From Amoebidium appalachense (taxonomy: Eukaryota > Protista > Ichthyosporea): a DNA stretch of 64,000 bases. The stretch lies in the NCBI GenBank assembly GCA_963693365.1, contig CAVNZM010000007.1:8863962-8927961 (forward strand), read 5' to 3'. The notes beneath the pieces were generated by a model. The model worked only from the letters and a program-made list of their open reading frames with translations. It was not told the origin of the DNA and did not search any database. Position 1 is the first letter of the stretch. Every line of letters begins with the position of its first letter. The position numbers and the translations under genes are program-made. Shown piece by piece: positions 12,946 through 26,890 of this stretch.

Positions 12946-14768
12946 TGACATTCGCGAATGCCAGAATAATGTGGTACACACAGAAACTCTACCGAAACTG
13001 AAGTAACTGTATTTGGTGTGACCTCTGCTTATATACCCCGAGCCCCAGGCTCATACAACAACCAATCAACTACAGGCACGTATGATTACCATGCATTCCA
13101 TGCATAGCTACATACCACAGTTTACCACCGATTGTATTTCTACCAATCAGCTATGCCCACGTTCACTTGGCCTACATACCAATGAACATACTACAATAAC
13201 ACCACATGCCAATGCATCACGATCATACAACATACTAGCACGTCCACATATACTAATATAACAAATATATTAGTATACAATACCTGATATGCCTACGAGC
13301 ACATATAATATCCAGGATATTATTTTCACACTCTCCCTTGCTCTAGGCACTATCACCCATTCACAGCACATACTCGGCATACCCACAGCCATGGACACAA
13401 CTCTCCGTGCGTACTGCACCCGTTTCTACTCTAAGAAACTTCGTTTCACTCATACTCTCCCTGAACCTAACACGTGCTCACTGCACACAACAACTACGAG
13501 CAATGTACTACTCTAGGCCCACATGCCGCCTACAACGTGATAGCAAAAGGATCCACTGGCAACTCGTTACCAGCAATAGCCCTAAATGCAGTAGCTTTGC
13601 GACCATCAGACAGAGGACAATTCTTAACCAAATGCTGGTCCGACTGGCAACGATGGCACACCTTCTTCTTGCCCGAGTCCTGCCCCTCATACGGCAGACC
13701 AGTAGCATCGGCATAGCCCATGAGCACCTGCTCCTCTCTCATCAACCGCTCGACCACCTTGTCGATACTGCGGTCCACCTCGCCTGCCGTCTCCAACGCT
13801 GTCACCGCCACACGGAAACGTTTGGGCAGACTATCACAGAACACTGCTATCAGCAGCTCGGGATCTATCTCCTTGCTCCCAGCGTCGTACAGCAATAACA
13901 CGGCCGCGTTAAAACGCCCGTAATACTCGGCAATACTCTCGCCCTGCAACATTTGCATACGAAGAAGTTGGCGCCACAGCGTAGACTTACGCGAACCCGC
14001 ACTCATCCGGTGAACTTGTCGGAGTTTCTTCCACATGTCGGCTGGATGGTCAAGCCCGTGAAGGTGTTGTAGTTGGTCGTCCGACACCGTCATGATGATC
14101 ATAGCACGCGCAACATCACAACGATACTCATACCGCTCAGTTCGGCAGGATCCACGGTGTTAATCGTGGTAGTAGTCTCCGTCGCAGGCTGCCTTTGCTG
14201 ACTACGAGTTTTCACACCTTCCTCTCCCTCGACGGTGGTTGGTGTCGACACCGCCCTGGCGCTCGGCGCCTTCTCAGTGCCATTCACAATCGACCACACC
14301 CCGTTCACGGTGAAGGCTGCTTTCATACGAAACTCGTACGTCAAAAAACTGTCGGCCTTTTTCAGACGAACACCATCGATGCCAATGATCTTCGTACCCT
14401 TGGCACCCATGTCACTCGACGCCATTCTCGAAGCGATGACACAACTCAGCACACACGGCCCACAAAACGGCAATTAAGCCCCGGCACACACGGCCCAGAA
14501 AACGGCAATCAAGCCCGACCACTCTCGTCGGCGAAATAAACGGCGTACCCCACTACAACATCCGGTACCGAATGCTATTCGCGAATGCCAGAATAATGTG
14601 GTACACACAGAAACTCTACCGAAACTGAAGTAACTGTATTTGGTGTGACCTCTGCTTATATACCCCGAGCCCCAGGCTCATACAACAACCAATCAACTAC
14701 AGGCACGTATGATTACCATGCATTCCATGCATAGCTACATACCACAGTTTACCACCGATTGTATTTCT
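12946..14768 (-). mobile_element. Gag-only Ty1/Copia derivative (TR-GAG-like) upstream of the SDR gene
   Basis: ~200-bp direct repeat (12950-13141 / 14577-14768). The left LTR extends to 13330 (TGTGAAAA on -) next to PPT caagggagag. The right LTR is truncated. Confidence 0.8.
13530..14410 (-). pseudogene. Copia-type gag with zinc knuckle (frameshift near 14100)
   Basis: YEFRMKAAF..NGVWSIVNG, MWKKLRQVH, GESIAEYY, SLPKRFRVAV, CHRCQSDQHLVKNC. Confidence 0.85.
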
Positions 14769-16204
14769 CTGACATTCGCTGATAAATACCGTGCACGTTT
14801 CCAGCCGAACAGTTTTCCTCGGGTTTGAATCCTAATGTATTTTCGCATTCGGCGCTAACACGCACAAAAAACACCAAACAGAACAAAAATGGAGTCGATT
14901 AAGAACATGCCGGGATACGTTTGGGCCACAGCTGCTGCCGCTGGCGCCTACTCTCTCAGCTGTTTTTACAGCATGTTCACCAAAAAGGTAAGTCTTGCAG
15001 CCTCCGCGTGTGTCGTCAAAACTGGTTTTTTTCAATTGGTTGATTTTCTTTTGGTCTTCATTATCTTCACCAATAATGCCTTCACTGCCCAGCTTTTTAA
15101 ATCCTCAATGTTGCACGAGGCTTAATCACGTGTGGCACGAGGCGAAATCACGTGTCACTGTGCTTCACTGTGACTGTGAGTAGAGGTGCACGGATAGGCA
15201 AGAAAGCTGAATTGCTGCAAATTTGGAGCTCGAGGTAGAAAGCTTTGCTTGAGCGGGTGAAGAGTTCGTTTGAAGGCAAGCACTTCTTGATGCATATATG
15301 GCTCGTCGACCTCTTTGGCATCTAGTACTAACATACATGAAAAGAGGGAGGCCAAATCTTTGCCTTTTGTTTTTTCATGATCACCCAAGCTAGCACGCCA
15401 ACACGTGGGAGCATATGAACCGAGGTACAAATTTAGCGGCGGAAGTAATGAATCACTTTCGTGCAAGGTTGTGTGAATGAATACATTGAAATCGAGGCAA
15501 CATTTGAAGGGGACTAGCAATCGAACAAAAACTTAGGCGGGTAAAACCACCTGTTTCCATATTCAGCGCCTGTCTATCATAGCAATCCCACATTTTATGT
15601 TTAGGAAGGTGCGGCCACACGATAACATTTGCTGCAGGTGCGTACCTTGTCTTGGATATGTAAAAAACAAGCAAACTTGAGCAATTGTTTTTGCTAACAT
15701 TTTTCAGGTTTATTGTCGGTCTGTGATGACAAGAAAGCACATACGTGCATGGGACTCATTGTTGCGTCGCTGACTCATGTGCAAAATAGAGATACCCGAA
15801 GTATACAAGTAGAAATACCATTTAAACCCCACATTCAATACCCCATTCATTCAGTCTCTGGGCCCTCAGATATTGCCTGAAACACCCAGAAAACTGAAAA
15901 AGGTGACAGAAAACAAAAACAGGGCCTATTTTCTCACCTTTGATCCCCCCCCCCCCCCCCCCCCCCCTCCCCCAACCCGCCACCACCACCACCACCCACA
16001 CACACCAAAAACCACCCACCCACCCACCCACCCACCTACCTAACGCGCGCGCACACACACAGACAACCCACACACATACCTACACACACACACGCACACC
16101 TATGCACACTGACATGCACACACGCATGCACACAAGCATACACACACACGCACACAAGCACACCATCCCCCCCCCCCCCCCCCCCCCCCCCATCCCTCCC
16201 CTTT

Positions 16205-16247
<43 letters not shown>

Positions 16248-16674
16248 GAAAAAAGAAAAAAATAAAGGATCTCATTGGCAAGATTGTGGTGATTACGGGT
16301 GCCGGATCGGGCATTGGGCGGCTGATGTCTCTCAAGTTGGCCAAGTTGGGGTAGTACGTGCTGCTATGGGACCTGTCCCTGGAGGTGTGTGTGTGTGTGT
16401 GTGCGTGTGTGTGTGTGTGTGTGTGTGCGTGTGTGTGTACGGTGTGCACATGCGTGGACACGGATGCGTGTGCGGGGGGGGGGGGGGGGAGGGGGGGGAG
16501 GGGGAAGGGGGGGGGCTTGTGTATGTGCGTGGTTTTTGTGGTGTGTGTTTGTATGTGCCGGGTGTGTGTGCTTGTATTGTACAGTGTATGTTGTGTCGGT
16601 GCAAGGTGGTGTTTGCGGATGTGGTGCAGTCTGTGCGAGTGCATGCATGTGGTTTAAGTCCCTTTCTTTCTTTG

Positions 16675-16836
<162 letters not shown>

Positions 16837-17293
16837 TGCTTTTTTTTATTTTATTTTTTATTTTGCGCGGGCGAGGGGGGGAAGGAGGGGGGAGGGGGAG
16901 GGGAGGTGGGTGGGGGGAGGGGGGGGGGGGGGAGGGGGGAGGGGGGGGGGGGGGGTTGGCGGGCAGCAGACCCAATTTGTGGTTTGAAGTTGGTCTCTTT
17001 AATGGGCACCACTCACCCTTTTATTATTATTATTATTATTATAATTATTTCTCTTCTTTCTTTCTTTCTTTCTTTTTTTTTTTTTCCAGAGTGCCCAGAA
17101 GGTTGCAGCCGAGATCATCGAGGCCGGGGGCAAGGCCAAGGCCTACCAATCGGATGTGAACGATCGGGAGACCGTCTACCGTCTGGCCAATCAGATCAAG
17201 GAGGAGGTCGGCCCCGTCGACATCCTGGTATGTGTGTGTGTGTGTGTGTGTGAGGGGGGGAGGGGGGGGAGGGGAGGGTTTTTTTTTTTTTTT

Positions 17294-17324
<31 letters not shown>

Positions 17325-18414
17325 GGGGCGAGCGTTTGTGTGTTTTTTTTTTTTTTTTTTTTTTTTTGGGGGGGGGGGGGGGGAGGAGTGTGTCGTGCAT
17401 GTGCATGTTTTGGGGGAGGAGGAGGGCAGGGAGTGTGTACCCGTGTGTGTTTGTGTGTGTTGGGGGGGGGGGGGGGGGGGATGGTGGGGGAGGGTAGTGT
17501 GTGTGTTTGTGGAGGGGGGGAAGGAGGAGCGAGTGTGTGTGTGTGTGTGTACCAGCGGGTGGATGCCGTAGTATTAGTTGGCGCAGGGATTCTGTGCTTC
17601 TTTTAAAAAAACAGGACACAGGCCAACGATGTGTAGAATACAGTACGTGCACCAATAGTCTTCTGACATTAAAACTTTAAACCACTTTAAATGCAGATCA
17701 ACAATGCCGGCATAGTCAGTGGCAAGAAAATTCTGGACGTCCCCGACGGTCTTGCCGAGAAGACGATGGATGTCAACACCACCGGTACTTATACCTCCCC
17801 CGCCACTATCCCCCTTATACCTGCTGCATCCGGATAGGAGACCACTACCCTCACACACACAGACCTTAAAGCTCAACCAGCATGAATAGTCCCCCCCACC
17901 CCCACCCCCCTCCCCCTTTCCCCCCCCCGCATCTTCCCCTTTCTCGGGCAGGGCGGCTTCTGTTTCCTGCTTACCTTGCACACCCCTACCATCCTCCCAC
18001 CCCACCTTTACTCCCATAGCTTGTTCCCTTTGGCAGCCTTCTAATCCAGTGTTTTTAGGGAAGCTCAAATTTCTGACATCCTTCGGGTAAGTCCAGGCTC
18101 TATTATGATTCTGACGTCCTCCATCCCAACCCCCACAACCCCCCCACCCCCCACTCCATCCCACCCCCACCTCCCCTCCCCCACCTCCCCTTCCACCACC
18201 ACCATCACTACCACCAATACCGGCAAACCCCCCCCCCCCCCCCCCCTCCCCCTCCCCCCCCCCAGGAAAAAAAAAAAAAAAAAAAAAAACACGCACACAC
18301 ACAGCGCACTTCTGGACGATCAAGGCATTCCTTCCCGGCATGTTGGAGAGACACAGCGGCCACATTGTGGGCGTGGCATCGGCTGCAGGCATCCTGGGCA
18401 CAGCGTACGTGTAG

Positions 18415-18489
<75 letters not shown>

Positions 18490-18508
18490 CGCACGCGCGC
18501 GCGCCCGC

Positions 18509-18569
<61 letters not shown>

Positions 18570-19088
18570 TGTGTCTGTGTGTGTGTGTGCATGTCTATGT
18601 GTGAGTGTGTGTGTGTGTGTACTGATGGTTGTGTGTGCCCATGCCCGCCTGCCTCCACGCGTGTGCGTGTGGGCGTGTGTGGTTGTTAGTGTTTTTCTTT
18701 ACAGTTATACCTGCGTGTGCTTGGGAAGCAGGGGAGGAAAGGCAAGGGGAAGATGAGACAAAGCACGATCATCTGTTCGTGTGTGTGTGAGGGTATGTGT
18801 GTGTGTTTTCTTTCCCTTTTTTCCTCTATCTTTTCTATCCCCATTTTTCTAACTCACCCACACGTTTCCACAGTGGCCTAGTTGACTACTGCGCCTCCAA
18901 GTTTGGTGCGGTGGGTCTAATGGAAAGCATCCACCTTGAAATCAAGAAATTAGGCAAGTACGGTGTGCGCACCACTGTGGTGTGTCCCCTCTACATCAAC
19001 ACCGGTATGTTTGATGGTGCTAAGACGAGGTTCAAGTTCCCCCTCATTCTGCCCATGCTCGAGCCGGAATACGTCGCTGATAAGCTAC

Positions 19089-19175
<87 letters not shown>

Positions 19176-19802
19176 AGATTTGCCCAGGGTGGGGGAGGAG
19201 GCGGGGGGGGAGAACGTGGTGGGGAGTTGGGGGGGTGTGGGGTGGGGGTGAGTAAATATTTTGTATGGCTGCTGATTTTGCTGGTCTGTGGCACACTGCT
19301 TGATCTGACTTAAATAAGTCAGCTCATCCCCTCTCTCCCCCCCCTCCCCCCCTCCCCCCCCCCCCCTGGTTACTGTTTGTAAGTATCACCCCCTAGCTTT
19401 TGATTCTTGATAGCTCACCCCCCCCCCCCCCCCCCCCCCCCCCCCTCTCCTCCCCGCCATCCCTCCCTCCTCTTCAACCTTCCAACACTACTGCCATGAA
19501 AATCTTCAGTGGTAAAAGTCATCACGCACTCATACCTGCCCCTCCCCCCCCCCCCCCCCCCCCCCCAACCCCAACCCCAACCCCCCCCCCCTTCCTTTCC
19601 CCACCCCTCTTCCTCCCCCCCCCTCCCCCTTCCCCCGCCTCCCAAATACACCCGCCCACCCACCCACCCAAACACCCCCCCACCCCCCTCCACTGCTGCC
19701 CCCAAACACACCCACACCCACACACACACATTCACCCTTCCCCCCTCCTCCCCCCCCCCCCCCCCTCCCCTCCCTCCCCCACATACACACGTACACACAC
19801 GT

Positions 19803-20690
19803 TGTTATTTTGTATAATTCTACGGGACTATACTTATGTCTACGGCAAGCAGAGTGCACAGAGGTGTCATGTAGAAACACGACCAACACAATAATGAGAG
19901 GGCAATCGGAGTTGTTGACGATACATGAAAGATTTTGAAACAACAACTGACGTTTATTGATCTCTCTCGAGCCCTTTTGTACCGGGCCAAATATTCATCT
20001 TATCAAAAATACAGAAAAGGAACCAATCAGCTCTTCCGAATGATAGAGAACTACATTCCACCATAGCATACGCTATTCTACCTTCTGACCCAGCAGAAGT
20101 CTCAAAACACTACTTAAATAAATTAAGTAATACAGACAACTTGTCACTATCAATTCAAATATATATTTATACTTGTCTCTATAAAGAAACTCGTCTAAAT
20201 ACATATGTTTCCTAATAGATGACACTCTTTAGAGAGAAGATATCTTATCTCGAGACACATACCATACAGAAACAAAATGTCCAATCATAACACGTCTATG
20301 ATTAAACGTACTGAACAGGAATGCACAACACAATCTACGAGTGTACTTACTCGCGTCTATTGGTGAGCTATCACTGCTTGAACAAAAGCACAAAGACAAC
20401 GACTATAGCTAACCAATCACGCTACTATTCAGATAAACTGAGGAGAGCAAACAGAAATGGAATACAATAAGTTCTTATCAGGCAAATGAGCCAGGTGTGC
20501 CCAGATCTCAAGATATCTATGCACACAGGAACACGGGAGGGAGAGAGAGAGATACGGGGGGGGGGGGGGGGGGGGGGGGGAGGGAGAGAGAGAAAAGACC
20601 AAAAGCACAAAGAGAAAAGCAGACACGAATACAAACAAAGCTAAGACACATACATACTTCAAACTCTTGCTGTCTATTTCTATTTCAACA
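19803..20690 (-). repeat. Copia 3' LTR
   Basis: Matches 44164-45050 with roughly a dozen differences. Confidence 0.96.
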
Positions 20691-21107
20691 TCCCCACTCA
20701 AGGGGTTGAAGTTTGTGTTCTCGTGTCTGTTGATGTGACTGTAGATGGAACACACGGGGCCGTCACACAGAAGTCTCCCCCACTCGAGGATGCAAACCGA
20801 AAATCCTTGATGTGGGAAGAAGAAGACAAAACCGGGAAGAAGAGGAGGCACACGACGACGGTTGCCTCGAGGTCACACACTGAGATAATAAAGTAATAGG
20901 TTGTGAAAATAGCAGTTATGGTGGTGAAGATATATAAATTATGATGAAACGATTAATACCGTTATTAGGACCAGAAAGAATTAAATAAATAATTAAATAA
21001 TTAAATAAATAATTCCAAGAGATATAGTCCCCACTGACGAGTATGAGCAAAGGAAACATCTAATACTAAAGAGACGTAATCCCCACTGAAAATCGACGGA
21101 AATAAAG

Positions 21108-22984
21108 TCAGTCACGGAGGCTGAGGTGGGCACAGTGTGCCTCATGGGCCGGACCAGCCAGAGGCTTGGTGAAGATGTCGGCCAGGTTCTTCTTGGTGTC
21201 GACGTAGGTGACGGTGACGTCCCCACTGTTGATGTAATCTTTAGTGTTGAAGTACCGAACAGCAATGTGTTTAGTCCGGTGCTTGATGGTGTTGGAGTGT
21301 ACGAGGGCAATGGTTGACTGGTTGTCACAGTAGACGGGGGTTGGCTCGTGCATAGGGTAGCCCAGCTCCTTGAGGAGGTCACGGTGCCAGACGACATCCT
21401 GTACGGCAGAGTTGAGAGCCAGGAGCTCGGCCTCGGTGGTGGAGGTTGCCGTAATCGTCTGCAACTTGGAGTGGAAGGTGACGGGGGTACCCTGGATGAG
21501 GATGACGTAGCCGGAGGTAGACCGACGGGTGGTGGGGCAGCCAGCAAAGTCAGCATCTGAGTAGCACTCAACGATGGGTGCCTTGCTGGTGGGGGCCTGC
21601 TTGATGTAGTGAAGGCCGAGGTTGATGGTACCGATGAGGTAACGAACCACACGGAGGAGAAGTTCCCAGGCAGTTTTGGTGGGCTTGGAGCTGAACCGAC
21701 CGAGGTAGCCAATGGCATAGGAGATGTCTGGCCGGGAGCACCGAGCAACTCAGAGTAGACGGCCGAGCAGTTCACGGTAGGGAACGGTGGTTGGCAGGGA
21801 GGCAAGGGAGTCCTCGTTGATGATGACGGTACCGACGGGAATGGGGGTGGCTTTGGGCTTGGCGTCGGTGAGGTTGAAGTCGGTGATGATGTCCTTGATG
21901 TATGCAGCCTGCAGCAACTTGAGGGAGCCGGGAGTGTGAAGCAGCTGGGTGCCGAGGAAGATGTCCAGTAGATCAATCTTACACTCAGCAGACTGCATGA
22001 TGTGTTGGACGAGCTTGGTGACGAGGTCGGAGTGCCTGGTACAGGTGATGATTGCATCATCGACGTAGTTGCCAGAACGGATGATGTTACCGTTGGGAAA
22101 GATGAGCACGTACACACACGGGTCGGAACGGAGACGTTTGAGGCCGTGGGCTATCAGGATGGAGTCGAAGAACTGGTACCAAGCCAGGGAAGCCTGCTTG
22201 AGTCCGTAGAGAGCCTTCTTGAGTTTCCACACCTTGTGTTCGTTGCCGGGGAGGATGAAACCGGGAGGCTGCTCCATGTACAGAGTCTCGTCGAGGGGGC
22301 TGTTGAGGAAGGCAGTGCTGATGTCGAGTTGATGAATCTCATGGTCCTGCTGCACACCGAGAGCAAGCAGGGCACGGACGGATGATGACATGACAACTGG
22401 GGAAGAGTTGTCACCGTAGTCGACTCCATACACCTGGGTGAAGCCTTTGGCCACACCTCGACCCTTGATCTTGGTAGCCCCGGCAGAGTTGAGCACCTTC
22501 TCCGTCACAATCCACTTGAAACGAATGATGTTGGCATCAGGAGGGGGTTCAACCACGTCGAAGATGTCCTTGTCGATGAAGGCCTGGTACTCAGAAGTGA
22601 GTGCAGCAGCCACGGCATAACCCTGGGGGCCGTTGCACAGCTTCTGGATCGAACGGGGCAGCTGTGACACATCGAGGGTAGGCCGGGAGATGCTGATCAT
22701 AGCCGTGGCAGGCCTGGAGGACAGACGGGAAGAACGACGGAGGGCAGAACGGGGAGGCTCAGGAACCGGTGGGGTGACTGCCAGTGGGGCAGACACTGGG
22801 GGGTCGGAAAATGGAACCTGGAGGCCGGGAACGGGAGCTTGGAAGCCGGGGAGGGGCGCGGTGTTGAGGGGGGAGTCGGCTGGCACTGGGCTGGACGGGG
22901 CAGAATGGAAGTCTGGAGACTCAGGACGGACGCCGTGGGGGTGACGTTGCCAGGCACATGGGCAATGACGGCTGGTGCTGGCAA
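21108..22984 (-). pseudogene. Copia RT + RNase H (frameshifted)
   Basis: QLDISTAFLN, LKKALYGLKQA, YVDD, YSDADFA, STTEAEL, CDNQSTI, HRTKHI, LADIFTKPL. Confidence 0.96.
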
Positions 22985-23112
22985 GAGAGGCTGCTGGCCG
23001 GTGGGGGGAGGGGTATGTTGTAGATGGGGAAGTAGATGACGCGGAGTGGTAGTTTAATAATAATAATACTCGGGCTTGTATACCATGTATTTATAGTTAG
23101 GTAAATGTATAA

Positions 23113-23367
23113 ACCGTGTACAGGCAGTGTGAATAGAACCAGTGAGCTTACAAGGGTGCTCTGCCAACGTTAGTTACACCAAAATGAACGGTGACCTAAG
23201 GAGCGCATCACCACTCGTTCATTAGCTAAGCGTTGGTCTAGAATGTAAAAATACACACTAGCGGACTTAGTCCCTGCCTTAGGCGTCCCAAGTAGCTATA
23301 CGCAAACTGGTTCGAGCCGGTGTATGGCTATATGTTATAGTGGACACTGTGATCAATGGTACACGGT
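23113..23367 (+). ncRNA. Putative structured RNA of unknown family (multibranch fold, possible pseudoknot)
   Basis: Closing helix accgtgtac/gtacacggt and at least six internal helices, with about seven G-U pairs that form only on the + strand. Confidence 0.55.
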
Positions 23368-23865
23368 AATCGGTGAAGTGAGGTTTTCGATGGTCACACA
23401 AGCCTTATTGTATCCGAAAATCAATAGCGTAGGCTAATCAGCGAATCTGATAGGTCATAACTCAATAGCGGGAATACGTCAAGGGATCTTATATGTCTAA
23501 ATGTGATACATTCGGGTCATTACATTGGGTGAGGATAAAACCAACATTCTTGAATAACAGATATATTGTGAGGAGTTAATATTTAGTAAACTCATAGAAA
23601 CTCCGGAAATGAGAAAAGGTTGGAAAACTGAGTTTAAGAAGAAATGATGAAAGAATTACATATCTATCTATGGAAGTGGTGTCGGGTGTGTGTGCGCGGT
23701 GCTGGGTGTGTGCGCGCGAAGGGTTGAATTCGGTATGGTATTTGGGAATGTGGTCATGTTGTGGTGGATTGTGATCAAAGTGTAGTGAACGAGCGCGATC
23801 GGATATTCATGGAGAGGAAATTAGGGAGGGAGAGGGGGAGAGAGAGGGAGGGGGGGGGGGGGGGG

Positions 23866-23932
<67 letters not shown>

Positions 23933-24457
23933 TAGAAAAGGAAAGGAAATGAAAAGAAGAGGAAAAGGATATGTGTGTCTGCATATGTGTGTGTGTGTGT
24001 GTCTGTAGGTGGGGAGTGAGGTGTGTGCATGTATTTGTACGTGTGTTTGGGGGGGGGGGGGGGGGGGGGGGGGAGGCTACGTGTTTGTTGTGTGTTGGGG
24101 AAGAAAAGTTAGTGTTGATGTAATCGTGGTCACATGGAGAACCATAAGCAAGTACGAAATCTATGTCAAAGTATTTAGACTATCCAAAGAGAAATATGGG
24201 GAGAGAGAAAGAACAGTTAGTGGGAGAGGGTTGTTAGTTGATGTACCTGTCGGGTTGTGTATATGGATGTGTGACAGTGTATAACAGTGTGTGGGTGTGG
24301 GTGTGGGTGTGTATAGGTGTGTGTGCATGGGTGTGTGTGTGTGTGTTGGGGGGTGAATGTATGTTTGCATCAAGCAGTGTATTGGCGTGACGGGGTTTTG
24401 TTTATGGGGAGATGGGGAGGAGTGGGAAAAATGTAAAAAGGGGTAAAGCTGTGGAGG

Positions 24458-24613
24458 TTAGTGTATTAGTGAGTTAGTGTGAAGGGAGGGGGAGATCCCG
24501 TAGGGATTGATAGCACTCCTGGTAGGTGGGTGCGGGCATACGTGATTGGAGGGGTTTGAAGGCTGCCACTAGGATGGAGCGGGGGTAGTGCAAAGAGTGG
24601 AATTCGAGGGCAA
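24458..24613 (-). pseudogene. C-terminus of the Penelope-like RT (thumb)
   Basis: ALEFHSLHYPRSILVAAF...LIH* joins PQILLL in frame when the insert and one AA are removed. Confidence 0.85.
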
Positions 24614-24829
24614 CATCAGCAATCTCCCCCCCCCCTCGTAACCCCACCGAAGACCTCGTCGATGGGTTGGCACTGGTTTAGGACTGTCTAATGGATGGGT
24701 TTACGCTATATGAAGGAAAAACCTCCAAACCCGTCGACGACGTCGTAGACCGTCGGCGGAGTGGTTTACGACCCCTTTAGGGATGACCGACAGTATTGGG
24801 ACAGCCCAATGTATAACCCTAACCACACC

Positions 24830-26890
24830 TATGGATGGGTTTACAGCAACCACAACTTTCGTGGTACTCCTAACCCCATACATTGGATGTACACTGGATG
24901 TCGTGCACTCCTCCGGATTACGACATCATAAGATGGTCTTGCTGCACCCCCTCGGAAGACTGTCTTACGACGTCGGAAATAACTGTCGAATGGATGGGTT
25001 TACAATATCCATACGAATGTCCTCGACAACCATTAGTTGTCGTAAACCCCACCTGTGTACGACATCGTAACATGCTCTTACGACACCCCACGTGAGACTG
25101 TCGCTAGACGTCTGAAACCCCGCCGTATGGATTGGTTTACAGTATCCATTTGAAGGTCCACGATACACTGTGTATGTCGTAAACACCTGCACATTACGAC
25201 ATCGTAAGATGATATTATGGTGGTACTCCTAACCCCATACATTGGATGTACACTGGATGTCGTGCACACCTCCGGATTACGACATCATAAGATGGTCTTG
25301 CTGCACCCCTCGGAAGACAGTCCTACGACGTCGGAAATGACTGTCGTATGGATGGGTTTACAATATCCATATGAATGTCCTCGACAACCATTAGTTGTCG
25401 TAAACCCCACCTGAGTACGACATCGTAACATGCTCTTACGACACCCCACGTGAGACTGTCAATAGACGTCTGAAACCCCGCCGGATGGATTGGTTTACAG
25501 TATCCATATGAAGGTCCACGATACACTGTGTATGTCGTAAAGACCTGCACATTACGACATCGTAAGATGATATTATGGTGGTACTCCTAACCCCATACAT
25601 TGGATGTACACTGGATGTCGTGCACACCTCCGGATTACGACATCATAAGATGGTCTTGCTGCACCCCCTCGAAAGACTGTCTTACGACGTCGGAAATAAC
25701 TGTCGAATGGATGGGTTTGCAATATCCATATGAATGTCCTCGACAACCATTAGTTGTCGTAAACCCCACCTGAGTACGACATCGTAACATGCTCTTACGA
25801 CACCCCACGTGAGACTGTCAATAGACGTCTGAAACCCCGCCGGATGGATTGGTTTACAGTATCCATTTGAAGGTCCACGATACACTGTGTATGTCGTAAA
25901 CACCTGCACATTACGACATCGTAAGATGATATTATGGTGGTACTCCTAACCCCATACATTGGATGTACACTGTATGTCGTGCACACCTCCGGATTACGAC
26001 ATCATAAAATGGTCTTGCTGCACCCCCTCGGAAGACTGTCTTAAGACATCGGAATCAACTGTCGAATGGATGGGTTTACAATATCCATATGAGTGTCCTC
26101 GACAACCATTAGTTGTCGTAAACCCCCCCAGTATACGACATCGTAACATGCTCTTACAACACCCAACGTGAGACTGTCAATAGACGTCTGAAACCCCCCG
26201 GATGGATTGGTTTACAGTATCCATATGAAGGTCCACGATACACTTTGTATGTCGTAAACACCTGCACATTACGACATCGTAAGATGATATTACTATGGTG
26301 GTACTCCCAACCCCATACATTGGATGTACACTGGATGTCGTGCACACCTCCGGATTACGACATCATAAGATGGTCTTGCTGCACCCCCTCGGAAGACTGT
26401 CTTAAGACATCGGAAACAACTGTCGAATGGATGGGTTTACAATATCCATATGAGTGTCCTCGACAACCATTAGTTGTCGTAAACCCCCCCAGTATATATA
26501 GTATACGACATCGTAACATGCTCTTGCGACACCCAACGTGAGACTGTCAATAGACGTCTGAAACCCCGCCGGATGGATTGGTTTACAGTATCCATTTGAA
26601 GGTCCACGATACATGGTGTATGTCGTAAACACCTGCAAATTACGACATCGTAAGATGATATTATGGTGGTACTCCTAACCCCATACATTGGATGTACACT
26701 GTATGTCGTGCACACCTCCGGATTACGACATCATAAGATGGTCTTGCTGCACCCCCTCGGAAGACTGTCTTAAGACATCGGAAACAACTGTCGAATGGAT
26801 GGGTTTACAATATCCATATGAGTGTCCTCGACAACCATTAGTTGTCGTAAAGACGTCTGAAAACCCCGCCTGATGGATGGGTTTACCGTA
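24830..26890. repeat. ~359-bp subterminal tandem array, ~5.6 copies, with internal ~120-bp sub-repeats
   Basis: gtggtactcc(t/c)aaccccatac recurs near 24861, 25220, 25578, 25937, 26298 and 26666. Confidence 0.93.

Noticed and set aside
15155-15740. Minus-strand ORFs in SDR intron 1
   Set aside because: No recognisable domain or termini; possibly a decayed TE but unsupported
16352-16354. Reassigned TAG (alternative genetic code)
   Set aside because: Long TE ORFs contain no recurring in-frame TAG, TAG ends other ORFs normally, and the gene has a second lesion
23293-23357. Group II intron domain V/VI or tRNA B-box resemblance (AGC triad, GGTTCGAGCC)
   Set aside because: The bulge is on the wrong strand for domain V, there is no GUGYG start and no cloverleaf; kept only as part of the unknown fold
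24830-26890. CRISPR-like appearance of the recurring motifs (also 57092-59290)
   Set aside because: Whole units repeat, there are no unique spacers and no cas genes; these are tandem satellites
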